From Lama glama (Eukaryota), in the NCBI GenBank assembly GCA_028534125.1, contig CM052817.1, positions 78,370,001 through 78,434,000 on the forward strand: a stretch of 64,000 bases of DNA, in the 5' to 3' direction. A model generated the notes under the pieces. That model was not told the DNA's origin and did not search any database. It was given only the letters and a program-made list of their open reading frames with translations. The translations under genes and the position numbers were made by a program. Shown in pieces: positions 41,850-56,729 of the stretch (position 1 is its first letter; every line of letters begins with the position of its first letter).

Positions 41850-43140
41850 TTACGACACTTTAACAAATTCCATAGTGACTGCTGGAGAGAAAAAAAAAAG
41901 AATTTTTTAAAAGCCTCATTTGCCATCATTAAAGATTACTAAAATTAATAAAGAGAGAAAACTAAGCATTTTGTCCTACTTTTTCAATAATAACATCAGG
42001 TCAGACTAAGCAGACAGCAGCAGATGATTAAGGAAACTCTTCTTTACAGAGGAATGCTAACTTATAAATAAAGGAGGAATAGTCAAGGGAATCATCATTT
42101 GGAAATCCCTAATAATATAGCTGATTCAGGCAAGGATCATCAATGGATGATCCTTAAAACCATTAGGCCAAAGGTTGATAGTAAAATAGATACTAGCTCA
42201 CAGATTACTGGTTAAGCACAAAGTACATTTACAATGGAAGAATTACGTGAACCCAGTGTTGGCATTACTAAGGGGGAAACTAGATATTATATACCCTTTG
42301 CTCCAAAGCAGTGTGAAGTTAACCATTCCAGCCCTTCATCCTTCAGCATCCACCAGAGGGATGTGATGGGGGTGTTTGCCAAACTCTCCAGGCACCTCTA
42401 GAGGTGAACGGGCAGGTGAACATAGGGAGCCCTCTCCACACTGTCCTGTCTCTCACCCAGCACCTGGGCGGGTCCTGCTACCAAGGAGGAGAGCACACGG
42501 ATACAACACGTAAGAGAGGGAGGTGGATGCTTCCTAGGTGCCATCCTGCTTCCCGCTGCCAAAACTGCACGATGTTCTCCAATGTACAAAGTATCCTGAG
42601 GGTGGGGAGAAGTGTGTACTACACAATGTCGGTGTGTTTTTAAAAAAGTAAAATAATCTATATCTAACTCTCAGGTTAGAAGAAATACAGAAGATAAGAA
42701 ACACATAAAATGATGTGCCTTGGGAAAACAACCAGATAAATTCAGATTGTGAGATACTCTACAATTAACCTGATGTCTTCAGAAAGTAACTACTATTTAA
42801 AAAGAGAGAATGAAGAGAGAGAGATACTGGGAAGAGGAAGACTGTTAGAAGCAATTTAATAGACACAGCCAAGTGTAACAGGTGGTCCTTGAGGATCCTG
42901 GTTCAAAAATAAACAGCTATGAAAACATTTTGGAGGCAATTGGAGTAATTTGAACGTGGGCGAGAATTAGAAGATATTAGAAAATCATTTATTTTTGTTG
43001 GATGTTAAAATGATAGTATGACTATTTAGGAGAATGTCCTTATGCTGAAATATGGAACAATAAATCATTATAATGTCTGTAATTTACTTTGAAATGGTTC
43101 AGGAAATAAAAATATATATACATAGAGATGAAATAAATTA
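41850..43140 (+). mobile_element. Ancient L1 (L1ME/L1MC-like) 3'UTR fragments
   Basis: gatcatcaatggatg..aaaaccattagg and gagaatgtcctt..atgtctgtaatttactttgaaatggttcag motifs; interrupted at ~42323-42612. Confidence 0.6.
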
Positions 43141-43364
43141 TATTAAAGTGAATCAATCTGCAGTTGAATCATTTGTATGTGAAATAATGATGTTTTTCAC
43201 AGAAGGAGTCTAGAGTCCCCACTTAGAACATAATTATATTTCAGTATTAAACTACTGTGCATGTGTGTGCCCTTGCAGTACAATAGGGCCATCAATAAAG
43301 TTCATTGCTAAAAAGTTCAATACGAAAAATATCCAATCTTCTTTCCCTTCTATGACTGCCTAGG

Positions 43365-43778
43365 TACAGACAAGTTGCCTCCCTATACGCATTCTCCTTA
43401 GCAGCACAACGCTGACCTTGTTGAGAGTACTCATGTATCCAGGTAGAAAAACTACATTTACCAGTCCCCCAGTTAGATAGAGAGGAGAGCTAACAACCTA
43501 GAAGCTAGAAATCATTCTAAGAACCTACCACAAAGGCTCTTAAATGAGAGCTAAGTCAGCTGCAGGTTACTTCCTCTTTCTCCACTCCTGGAATAAGAGC
43601 ATGATAGATGGGGCTAAAGCAGCCATTTTGAGGCCAAGAGAATTGCAAAGACTTCCACCCTGACATTATGAGTCACTGAACTGACAGCAGCAAATGCCCA
43701 CCTTGTTATAGGGAGAATATCTAGAGGTTTAGATAGCTGCAGTTGTCTTGTTGCTCTGAGCTGATACAGCTAACATCA
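43365..43778 (+). mobile_element. MaLR LTR, MLT1I/J-like
   Basis: actacatttaccagtcccc..agcagccattttgagg..gagtcactgaac motifs. Confidence 0.5.
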
Positions 43779-43781
43779 AGC

Positions 43782-43796
43782 AAAAAAAAAAAAAAA

Positions 43797-43832
<36 letters not shown>

Positions 43833-43835
43833 AAA
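43782..43835. repeat. (A)n(GAAA)n microsatellite
   Basis: Direct reading. Confidence 0.95.
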
Positions 43836-45789
43836 TGCACTAGTGCCCAGAATATATCAAAATTATTCTTTATGAACTGCATCAGTTATAAAATAAATAT
43901 GAATTGTGAAATGGAGGAAAGTTGTGACAGAGAAGTGATTCTGGGATACAGTGACCTGAATGTGACACTTTTTCCTTTAACCCCAGCTCTAAGCTACTTG
44001 CTTCTCATGAGCAAAACAACTACTGCTAGCATGTACAGGCAACTGCCTATGAGTGAAGCCTTAAGTTCTGGCACAGAACTGCTGTAAGACATTCTTTCAA
44101 GTGGGCTGAGTAACAAACTGGAAAATAGCAGAAGAGCCAGTGCTGAGGACTGGAAAGCAGGGCATCCTGAGAAGAACCTGAAAGTCAGAGAAGGCCAGGG
44201 CCACAGCCCTCAGTCCTTCCTATCCTTGCAGCCTAGGAAAGGGCAAGGAGACCAGAGAGCCAACAGGCAGGGCATTGACAGTCTATCTGCCACTGCAGGC
44301 CCAAGGCAATAGAGGCCGCTCTGCTTAAGGGCAGGGCTGGTAGCACAAAGGGTTCTCCAATAACCAACCTTGGGCTTCAATAAAGCGAACAAGGCAAACT
44401 GCCTATGCAAAGAGGCCCAGTTGCCTACAGACCAAGTAGAAAAATTAAATTCCTACCCTGTAAAAAAGGACTTCTGCAGGCGATGGATTACTTTAATTAA
44501 AAGGAATATGTCAATTACATAAGGGGATTTAAGGAGATTCAAGTATAGCACTCAAAAAAAATTTTTAAGAGTGAAAAAACATAATTTCCCAGTCAAATAC
44601 TTTTAGGGAATAAATTGAAAGATGAATAAAACAACCTGAGAATCACTTACCCAGTCAGGAAATCCTTTATAGTCACATGGGAAGGAGAGTCACTTGATGA
44701 CATACACAGATTCAGAGAGAATATTATCCACAAGATTTAATGAGAAAAAGAGCTGCAAAAAGTCTCTAATTTAACAAATGAATCAGAACAAAGGACAAAA
44801 ATTAGTGAAGAAAATGAATACCAAGTGCATACACACACAAAATTAATGTAAGACCACTAACTGGATATGTAGAATATACAAGCTAAATAACAACTCTTGA
44901 AATAACAAAGGACATACTTTCACAACAAGGGATGTAAGTAACACACCACTGCATCAACACTCAGGATTTTGCGGGGAAGAAAGGCAGGAAAATAAAAGCA
45001 TCCCCAAAGCTGCATGGCCGGTGGAGGCAGGGGGGGAGCAGTGGGCAGTGGCAGGAAGAAAGGTGAAGAGGGAAGAAATAGAGAAATGAATATATTATGG
45101 AAGAAACTGTATGTTGTTGTGGAGAAAATGGCTGAGCTCCAGCAGCAAATTAAAAAATCATGTGCATCTGATTATGAAAGAAGGGAAGAGTAAGTAAATT
45201 ATTACAGAAAAAGAGGAGTAGAACTAACAAAGTAAGAAGAGGGGGAGAGGAATGAACAGTGACTTGAACAGACAGCAAAAATAAGAAAAATTAAGAGTAA
45301 GTTACAACAATATAAACATAAAGAAAGATGACAAGAATAAAGTCAATTATATCAGCCATTACACTAAACGTGAAAGAGTTAAATGTTCTCATTAAATGAG
45401 AGACTGTAATACTGTTTTATGAAATGTAACCTATCTACATATGATTACAAAAAAGACAAAAGAAAATGATAAAAATAAACTAAAATGGGCAGACGAAGAT
45501 ATAAAGATAAAAGCAAAGAAAAGAAAGGCAATAGGGTCAATATCAGATAAGGTTAAGTTAACGGCTGAATGCACTAAACAGAATAAAGCAGAACATTATG
45601 TAATGATATAAAGTATATATATGAAGAACATAGGGCAGCGAGAAACCAGCAGCATAAAAATATTAGAAATGCAAGAACTAGAGTGAGTGACTTTAAAATA
45701 TCTTTCAAAGTTGGACAGATTCAAGTAATAAAAATAGTAAGAATATACAGAAGATGCCATTAATCTTAAAACTTCCAAAGTTCAATATC

Positions 45790-48000
45790 TATCAAGGATT
45801 TAGAAAGACTATCACTCCTACCCTAATAATAAGAAAGGCTATGAACTATAAAATCATAACTTTTCTTGAGGAGAGCCCTAGCTTACCTAAGGCAGATCAC
45901 AGGAGGAGCTGCTGGCCACCATTCAACCAAGTGAGAAATCAGCTAACATTTTAATGCTTTGCTAAAGAAGGCATGTGAGGCAGCTTGACTGTACAGACTG
46001 CTGGAAGCCCCAGACCCAAGGGAGTTCAGACACAGTGGCAGATTCTTTTCCAAGGCCCTCCCCATATAAGGAAGACTGGGGCACAGAAAGGGAGAGAGAG
46101 CACCTCCTGCAGTGGCGCAGGCACGCAGAAGGAGAAGAGCAGCTCTGCATAAATGCACAGCATCCCACATCTCCTGCCCGGACTTTTCTCTCATATAAGG
46201 AGAAGCCTTAAGCTACCATAAGAAACGCAGCAAACTCTGTCACGTCCAGGATGCAGATAAAGATCCACTGTTGCTGAAGGAAGGGCAGGAAGCAGTGCAG
46301 ACTCAGGGACTTCCACCACAGCCTTCAAAAGGCTCCTACCATTGGATGAGGGGCAGGAAACACTCTTCCACAGAACACCAACCACTAATACAAGACAAAT
46401 GTTTGTCCCCTATGAGAAAGAGAGGTAGGGATGCTACAGAAACCCAACTCCCAGAGCTCAGGCTGATACACCCTAGATAAGAATGAAGCTGGACCAAGAC
46501 AGAGAACAGAGAGCCTCAAATAACAACCCAGCAGTCTACTACAGGGGAAGGGCAAGAGCATGGCAGCAGGATGAGAGAACCCCTCTCCGGAGCGGGCATT
46601 CAGGGACAGAAGAAAGCTGAGTGTAGAGTATAAACACTGAGAAAAGCCTGGAGCACCCCAGCCACCACCCTAATCACAAGGTAACTCTAGAACCTGAAGC
46701 CTGTGGTGCACTGAAAATAACAAGAACAACAACATAATGCAAACCACTTTAGCCTCCTAACTAGAGTGATGCAAACTCCCACACTAACAGCCGGGCAGAA
46801 TAAAACATGTGCATATTCCCAAGCATAAATTCTGCTTACTGCACTCAGTTATTCCACAGATGACATTGGCATTCAATCAAAATTACAAGACATACAAAAA
46901 TACAAACAAGCAAGGAAGCACAGGGAAAATTAGTCCATTGCGAAGAAACAGAGCAATCAACAAAACCAGACACAGAGATGACACAGGGACTTTGACAAAA
47001 GTTATGATTAATTTGTTAAAGAACCTACAAGAAAAGGCAGATGACATGAAAGAGGATAGGGGAGATTTCTGCTGAGACATGGAAACTGTTACAGAGAATC
47101 CAGTGGAAATGCTAGAAAAAAAAAAGTTTTCAAAGATGAATTCCTTTGACACTGAAAACCCAACACAGCTAAGAAAAGAAGCAGTAAACTTGAAGACAAA
47201 GCAACAGAAATTATCTACACTGAAACATAAAATGAAGAAAAAAGGGGGAAAAAACAGAACAAAAAATATAATCACTGTGGGACAATATCACATCAATTGG
47301 CCTGACATACAGGTAACTGAAGTCCCAGAGGAGGAGAGAAAGTTTAGGTCAAAAGTAATATTTGAAGAGGTAATGCTAAGAATTCTCCAAAAACGATAAA
47401 AAGACATCAAACCACATATGAAGAAGCAAGATTTAAAAAAAAAAATTTAAACACATCATATTCAAACTGCTAACATTCAAAAAAACCTAGAATAAACTTG
47501 AAAGTAGAGGGACAGGTTACATATAGAACATAAGATTTACAGCAGACTTCTTGTCAGAAACTGTTTAAGCCAAAAAGCAAACAACAAGAAAATAAAAATC
47601 CATAAGTAAGCGATAGCTTTAATGTAATGGGGGGAAAAAACCCATCAGCTTGGAGAACATAAATTTCAAACATAAAAGTAAAATACTTTTCTCAGACAAA
47701 CAAAAGCTGAGTAAATTCACTGCCCACAGACTTGCGATACAAAAAATGTTCAAAGAATACTGCTTAGGCATGAGGAATGTGATACCAGAAAGAAACTTAG
47801 TTCAAAACAAAGAAATAAAGAGTTCCAGAAATGGTTAATAATAAAGGCAAGTAACACAATTTGTCTTATTTTTTAATTGCTTTAAAAGATAACTAATTGA
47901 AGTTCTAAGAGAAAAATAGTAAAAATGTACTGGAAGCTTTATAACATAAAACAGATGAAAATAATGGTATAAAGGATGGGAAGGAGGCGTTACAGGTATA
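45790..48000 (+). mobile_element. Old L1 5' region with decayed ORF1
   Basis: ORFs 47079-47399 (..DIQVTEVPEEE..IFEEVM) and 47650-47838 (FSDKQKLSKF..R.AIQKMFKE) are L1 ORF1p remnants. Confidence 0.75.
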
Positions 48001-48034
48001 ACAACTGTATCTCACTGCCTTTTTGACCCCTCAC

Positions 48035-48940
48035 CCTGTTGTCTAACAGACATCTCAAAATCAGCATGCCTTAAACCCAACTCCTGATCTTTCCCCTTCA
48101 AACCTGCTGCAACCACAATCTTCCCCCTCTTAGCTGTTGGCTGACAATTCAATCCTCCCAACTTCTCAGGCTAAAATCCTTGGAATCATCCTTGATCCTT
48201 CCCTTTCTTCCACTTATCTCATCACCATATTTTGTGTTCAAACTACACTTCCAAGCTTGCCACCATCTTGGTCTAAGCCACCGTCACCTCTCACATGGAT
48301 GACTGTGAAAGCACCCTCACAAGCCTCCCAGGTCACACGCTTAGCCTGTGGTCACCTGTTCTCAACACAGCAGTCAGACTGCTCAAGACCCTGCAGTGGT
48401 TCCCCATTTCACTCAAAGTAACACCGATGGCTCTACAATGGCCTAAAAGGCCCCAAGAAATGCAGGCCTAGTGCCTTTCCCTTCACTCTCTCTCTGAGCT
48501 CTTCCCCTAGTACTTGGCCCTCTCACTAAATGCATTCCAGCCTCACTGATCTCCTTGTTCCTGGAACACAACAGGCCAACTCCCATCGCAGGGCCTTTGC
48601 TTTAACTGCTGCCTAGATTACTCTCCGCCTAGAAATCTCTGGCTACTTTCCCCCCATCCTTTAAGCCATTGCCCAAATTTCCTGTTTAGTGAGGATTCAC
48701 TGGACCACCTATTTAGAATAACATCCCCCCATACATACCTATAGAATCTGCCAAGTCAACAATACTCAGCTCTACTTTTCCTTGTTTCTATAGCACTTGT
48801 CACCTTTTAACATAGTATAAAATTTATCTCATGGTTCACTATTAATCTTCTGTCTCCTCTCACTAGAATGCAACTTCCACAAAAGCCAGAATTTCTATTT
48901 TGTTCACTATTGTATTCCAAATGGCTAATACAGATCTTGA
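48035..48940 (+). mobile_element. L2 LINE (L2a-like) 3' portion
   Basis: gacatctcaaa..ccaactcctgatctt..gggcctttgc..gtctcctctcactagaatg..tttgttcact. Confidence 0.8.
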
Positions 48941-49259
48941 TAATACAACTGTGTAAAACAAGACCTGAAGAAATGAAAATTATGGCACACTCTCCATGTA
49001 GAATTTGTTCAGTTATTAAAAGTAACAAATTAGAGCCAAAGCAGATTACTTAGAAGGATTTCTACCAGATACTGTTGAATGAGAAATGCTAGGTGAGGAA
49101 ATGAGTTTACTGTTTTCTCATTTTTGTAAAATAACTTGTCAAAACTGTATGAGTAGGTGTATGTCTGTCCTTGTGGAAATGAGCACAGATCCAGTATTTT
49201 ATCAGTATGAAGAAAAATAATTTTTGGTCTTTTTTTAGTGAAAAGGATGTATGGAATTA

Positions 49260-49490
49260 TCTGAGTTCAAATTAATCCCTTTGTTGGGTATATAACCTTC
49301 CTCACAATCAGTTTCCTCATCTATAAGACAAGGGTAACAATGGCCACCTTGAAGGCTTGTTGTAGGGCTTAAACGACTTAAATAACTGTGTAACGCATCC
49401 AGTGACGGTCACTCACCCTTCTGTGACTAGCAACTAGCCCAGTGCCTAACAACTGCAGTTACTCAATAAATACCCATTGAAAGAATTAAC
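49260..49490 (+). mobile_element. MIR (plus L2 tail) fragment
   Basis: tcagtttcctcatctataa..gttgtagggcttaaa MIR core. Confidence 0.65.
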
Positions 49491-50445
49491 TGTATCTGTT
49501 AGAATCACCAGAAAGCCAAAATATGAAGCTGTGATAACACCGGGAAATACAAAGCTGCACTGAGTTGCTCTCAGAGTGCAAATGTGTGAACACAGAGAAG
49601 AGACAGCACATACGGCAGGCGTGATGGTGATTATCTTCCCTCTGACTATGTTTGCAGATTAGTTATCATCAACCACAAAGAACCACAAGCAAATATCCAC
49701 TGGCAGAATTTTTGTCCTAGCATAAAGGTCCATTGTTCCTTCACCAGAGTCACCTTTAAAGCTGCTCAGCAAAACAACTTCCAAAAATCTAGTCTTCTTG
49801 TATTAACATTAATGCATGATGATTTTTCCTGTGTTTTTGCTTTCCTTTCTTTTTGGGTTTCCTCTTTCCCACATGCTTTTCTAACCCTATGCAACTTGCC
49901 TCCCACCTTTTTTTTTTTAGTTTATTGTATTTTCACAAACTCAAATTTAAACCCTTCTTTCAGGTTTTTTTCACTTGGGCTTTTACCTCACCAAATGTCT
50001 TTGCTACAAATCCCTCAAAGAGAATGAAGATGCCTGCCTTGGTGGGAAGGAGAGGGCGTTGGTACTGCTGACGGAAGAGGAGCCTGAGATGCAGCTATGA
50101 GCTGTAGAACTCCGTGCAAAGCTTCTCCAGCTTCAGTCTTTATCTATAAGATGAGAATGTGCAAATTGGATTCCCTCTGAAGTTCTATTAAACACCATCA
50201 TTTAGACCACGATCAGAACCTAGTCTTTCCCATTCTCCTTCTTATGGACATACCTTCTCTTCCAGGTTTTACTGCATGAAGGCCAACCTTGTTGGCCTCT
50301 GCCAGAATCAACCCTGAAAACAAGGCAGAACAGTCATCAATCTGGTAGATTTGTAACGGGCATATTGTACTGGGACCAGTTGTGAGGAAGATTCATTGTA
50401 AAATGTTCTATGTAATGTAGGCAAGGTAAAATTATACTTTGGAGC

Positions 50446-50918
50446 CATGGTAGGATGTATTATGACCCACTGAAATGTTTACATCCTCACCCCTCAAATC
50501 TGTGAATATGTTACTTTCCATGGTTAAAAGGGACTTTGCAGGTGTGATTACATTAGGGATCCTGAGATGGGGAGATTGTCCTGGATTATCTGGGTGGGCC
50601 CAATCTAATCACGAGGGTCCTTGTAACAGGAAGCAGGAGGGTCAGGGTCAGAGGGAAAATAACTAATATCAGATGATCAGAGTCACAGATGTAATGACAA
50701 AAGCAGAGGTCAGAAGGATGTGGGGCCATGAGCCAAGGAATGTGGGCAGCCTCTCAAAAACTACAAAAGGCAAGGAAGTAAATTCTCTCCAAAAGGAATC
50801 AACTCTGCCCACTCATTTTAGATTTATACTCTCCAGAACTGTAAGATAATAAATTTGCATTGTTTTAAGGCACTAAATGTGTGGCAATTTGCTACAGCAG
50901 TAACAGGACACTAACACC
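50446..50918 (+). mobile_element. MaLR solo LTR, MLT1C/D-like
   Basis: ctgtgaatatgttac..gggactttgcaggtgtgatta..ggattatctgggtgggccc..ccagaactgtaagataataaattt. Confidence 0.85.
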
Positions 50919-52319
50919 CCAGTGCTGCCAAGAAGTTTTTCCCTGAAACGCAGCTGTGGGTAAGATCCTAGGCAAGTTTGAACTAGGAACCTGCATTTGC
51001 TCATGAGAAGGGCAAAGTGTGGTAGGAGACTGCCCTAGGGTTCATGGGCACAAGCTGCCACTCAGGAGATCTTAGGCAAAAAGCACAGGGACAAGAGGGA
51101 AGGAAGCCAGGAACAGAGCTACCCCCGAGAGGCCAATTCACTGTAGCTGGTGTGGGTCAAGCTAAGGAGACCTGAGCCTCATCAGTGCTCTTAACTGCTT
51201 CTACTGCAAAGAGGGGACCGGAAATCTGGGAAAGGTATATAGTATTTATTTCATTTATATTTAATTATTTCTATTTTTGCTTGTCTTCAGCTTTCCTTTC
51301 AGTCTCTAGTTCTTTTTAAAAATACAAACTCAGCTCAGCTATGCTGAGGGTATGCAAGTTATAGGGCTTCTACATATAAAGGAAAATGACTAATGTCAGA
51401 TGATCAGGTAAGGTGTTCGCCCACTAATGAAGAAAAAATTGGAAAAGGGAAAAAAATCTAAAGTCATCGTAAGGACAGTTTTGACAAGAAGTAATCACTG
51501 AGCAAGTGTGTAATCTGTAAATTGGGGATAATAGCAAACTTTTGACGACTGTTGCACAATAAAATGAGGTAACAATGCAAATGCATAGTAAACAGAAAAT
51601 GCCGATTTCAAAATGCGTGATTGTGTGTGACAGCCCCAGGCTGCCCACAGGCTCCGCTGTAAAAGGTGGTGCTTCGTTGGAAATGTTTAAACAACTTCCT
51701 TGGTTTGAAATAAGGTGTGTTAAATGGTCTAGCCCTTAAAGGACTGCTTCAATTTTATTTCCTACAATTCTACCTACACACCGTTCAACTCCATCCAAAC
51801 TGATTAAGAGCACAAAAATCTGGTCAGACTCACTGAAATCCGGATCATGGTGCATATCAAACTAAGGAGACCCAAGCCTCCTCAGCGCCTGGCAAAATCA
51901 ATCCATCTATACAATGCAATTTTGGACATTTAATATATTAAAAAAGTATTTTTTAACCTTTGCACCGTTATTTCCTTTTTCCCAATGCTGTAAGTCCCAG
52001 AATACAGTAAAAGAAACTTTCTGTCAATACTGTTTAGTGCACTGTCTTATTTGTATTAAATGCTTAGTAAATGTTGGCTGCTTTCAATGTGCTTTCACCA
52101 ACATATGGTATAGCTGAACGTACTGGTTTCCAATATGGTAGACTTCACATGTAAGCAAACTGTACCAAGATCTACCCAACTAGTCACGCTAAAAACTGAA
52201 TCATCACACATTCTTCTCCTTCAATGGAACTCAATCAACCCAGTGGAAGATTTGGGTGTTTCTACCTCAAACTATACCTTGAATCCAAACAATTCCCTCT
52301 GTCCTCAGTACAAATGCCT

Positions 52320-52668
52320 CAATCCAAGCTCACTGAACCTCTTCCCTGGGTATCCTCCTGGCTGGTTCTGCTCCCGCAGGTCTCACACAGATGTCACCTC
52401 CTCCGTGAGGTCTTCCCTGCCAGCACACCCAAAGCAGGGGGCCTCACTTCCATTCACTCTTTGACGCATCACCTCAGTTTACTTCTTTCACTTAACACAT
52501 GACATAATTATCTTGAGAATTTTCCCTTTTTTTTTACCTGTTTACTGCCTGTCTCCCCACACAAGAAAACAAGCTCTACGCGGACAAAGACCTCGTCTGT
52601 TTTGTCCACCCGTATATCCCCAAAGCCTAGCACAGTGCCTCACACATATGAATAATTAAATGACTGAA
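52320..52668 (+). mobile_element. L2 3' end
   Basis: atgtcacctcctccgtgaggtcttccctg..gtctgttttgtccac..gcctagcacagtgcct. Confidence 0.75.
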
Positions 52669-53908
52669 AGTCAGAGGGCAAGAAAAACCAACAGCCTACA
52701 ACAAACCTCAAGGAAATGAGACTGGTAGCAGTATATTTCCCATCAAATCACAGAATCCCAGAGCTTGAAGAAAACCTGTGGTTTACCTTTCCACTTTTGG
52801 AGTTCAGACATAATGTCAAAGACATCACCCACTGATTAATCATATAAGCGAGAAATGGAAAATATGGTCATGATATAAAAAAACGTAACATAGTGAGGTG
52901 TTTACTTTTTATTGTATGCATACTTACTGTATCAGCTTTGAGGAACCAATATTAATTTTAATCTACATAGTAATCTAGAATTCCACATCTTTTTTACAAC
53001 AGTAAACCGTGCTCATGAGATAGCATACTTAGCACAGGGTCTGACATGCGCATCCCAAAGCATTCATTTTACTATTTTTTATTATTCTTGTCCTTAGCAA
53101 ATTGCGAGGTGTGTAAGCGTGAATGAACTCAGGTGTCCTTTTCCCACCCAAGGGCTTTCCAACAGCTCTCATCCATTCTTTCTCCAAGAACAATGGCTCA
53201 CACAGAAGTATCTACCAGATGATCCTCTCTTCATGTAGTCTCTAATTTTCATCATGACAAGAAAAGGAAAAGAAGTCCTTTCCATTACTTCTTCTTGTCA
53301 TTTTATAAAACTTTATAGCAAAACAAGGAAAAAAGAAGAAGAACCAGCAGCAGCAGCAGGAGGCCTACAAAAAAGAATATGCCAAGGAAAGACCTAGCAA
53401 GACTACGGGGGAGCCGGGGAATTAGGTGGCTCCGCTTCAGGGACCCTACTCTAGGAAACACCACACAAAAAGGGGTAGGTCTAAAAGGATCCCGGGATCC
53501 CAGTGGTAAGGGAATCCCACACCAATCTAGTGAGTGCGGAGGGTCTAGCGAGATCCCCGCAGCCTCTGGAGAGGTCTGAATTAGATTCTCTGAATTGAAA
53601 TCAACCGATGACTTGAATTGCAATGATTTCTTAAAACAAAATTGTTATACAAGTATATGTGTTATACAACTGTGCTAGAATATCTGTAATTTCCAACATA
53701 CATATCTAAAGTGGTAGATTCCAAAATTTGTTTAGAATAGAGAACATAAAAACTTTTAAGTAAAGTCCTTAATAGAGCTACTGAAATACTTTCTATTTCA
53801 GATCCTTTGATTAATGGCCAGAGTTAAACCTAATACAAGGTAACTTGAAAAATATTTGAGCATCAAGAAACTATATGCAAACAGGTAAGGGCTGCATTAA
53901 AAATATCA

Positions 53909-53973
53909 TAAATAAAATAAATATAAATAATAAATAAAATAAAATAAATTTAAAAATAAAATAAATAAAAATA
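53909..53973. repeat. AT-rich (TAAAA)n-like repeat
   Basis: Direct reading. Confidence 0.85.
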
Positions 53974-55104
53974 CAGTCAGCTTCAGCCTTACAGTACAGC
54001 TAAAATCTGCTATTTAGCTTTAGCTCTGTCTTCAGCTTCTAGAAGGCAAAGGAGCCTACTTCAAGGTCATTTCTGGCATCAGTGAACCTGCCCATGATCA
54101 ATGACCTTATGATTGAGTATCTTGTGATCACAACTATGTTACTAATAGTATATCATTTAGATTTATTGCAAACATCTACAGATTCACTTGAAATATAGGT
54201 AAGCATTCTAGATGTGACCTGGATGAAAATCTCCATGTGTTTTACAGGTTGAAGTTACATGAGCCAGGAAAAGATAAGTATCTCTTTAGTATTGCGATAA
54301 TAAAATTAGTAATACATGATTTTGGAAGCTGCTCATTCTATGCCCCAAAATAATTAAGAGCTTCCAAATAACTGAATTCACGGGAAAATAATTTGGAAAT
54401 AATAAAAATATCAAAAGAATGTACATTGGCCAGCTGTTTCTAAAAACCTAAATAATAATATAAGGCAAAATAAAGAGTATTTAATAATTCTAATATTTGT
54501 ACAATTTTTAGTATATTACTATGAATAACATTAAATAAAGTAACATTTAAGTACTGTTTAATTTTTAACTAATCACATTTAGTCCTGAGACCTTGGTGAA
54601 AAATCCACTTGGGAATTTTCATACCTTTTGAGAAAGAATTCAAAGCAGAACTGCAACTTCTGCTTTGAAAGAATGTTGATTTTAACATTTATCCATTTGG
54701 CTAGAACACCTATTCAGTACACCTCTAATTCAGATCAAGTGTTAACTCCTGTTTTTCACCTTTGAGCATTCTCCCAAATTCGCAACTGAAAGAATAAATA
54801 CGGGGTTTATTTTTTTCCAGTTTTACGCGGCGAGATGCTTACAGGCCGTGCTGTCAGTGAAGGCCTTCTGAAGCACTTGGCCTCCTTTCCTCACCGGCTC
54901 TTCGGGTGAGGTGGCGGGGAAAAGAGTCATGCTCAGAGGAAAGACATCCTAGTGTCTCTGGGTGCATCTTGTGAACCTCTTGCCGGCACACCTTAACTGA
55001 ACAAGCCTGCTCTTGCCCCAACCTCCATTTTTCAAAATATCTGCTAACAAGTTGGGAGTGAGGGAGTGCTGGGAAGCTGGCCGATATAGATAGATCTGGA
55101 AAGA

Positions 55105-55318
55105 ACAAGGGCTTTGGAGTAGGAAGCGATGGGTTTGAAGCCTAACTCATTAACTTGGCAGGAAATTTAACCTCGAAGTACTGCCTTCTTCTCTCCTGCA
55201 GGAGGATTAACACTGTTCTCAGGGCAGTGCTGTGCCAATGAAGTTACTGACAGCGGTAAAGCACCAAGTCTGGGCTCTGGCACCAAGTATCTGCTCAGTA
55301 AACGCAGGCTCTCACTAC
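55105..55318 (+). mobile_element. MIR SINE fragment
   Basis: gggctttggagt..tgggtttgaagcct..tgctcagtaaacg. Confidence 0.55.
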
Positions 55319-55874
55319 CCTGGGCACTTCACTCCACCTCCGTGGTTTCAGATTTTACATCTCCTGACAAACGGCTGTAACTCAGGTCTCATCAAACCCA
55401 AAGATTTGGAATTTTCCAGTAACCTCTCCTCCTAGGCCTTCGCTTTCAACATCCAACACTTCCAGGCCATTCCCAGGTGGCCAGTGACAAGGGCTTGTCC
55501 TACGCATATGCCTCTAAATTTCTGGAAGAAATGACAGAGAAAAATCCAACAAAGCTGAGAAAAAAAAGTTTGGAGATGCAAATAATATCTAGCTGGCATC
55601 TCGCAGAATTCACAGAATACATTTTGGACGGAGGGAAAGAACTGCTGGGGGTCTGAATGAGCTTCTAAGGCCTGAGCTGCGCCCTGGGCGGCTCCCCGCA
55701 TCCCCACAGGGCAAGTGAGGCGGCTCTGGGCACGTTTATTCATCCTAAAGGAAGAAAGGCGGCGGCGGAGCTGCGGGCGCGCCTGGGAAGACACCCGCCC
55801 ACGCGTGCCTCTGCCAACACTGAGAGGCAGCTCGCTCCCCGGGCCGAGGAAGAGGGAGGCTCCATCCCGACTCA

Positions 55875-56729
<855 letters not shown>

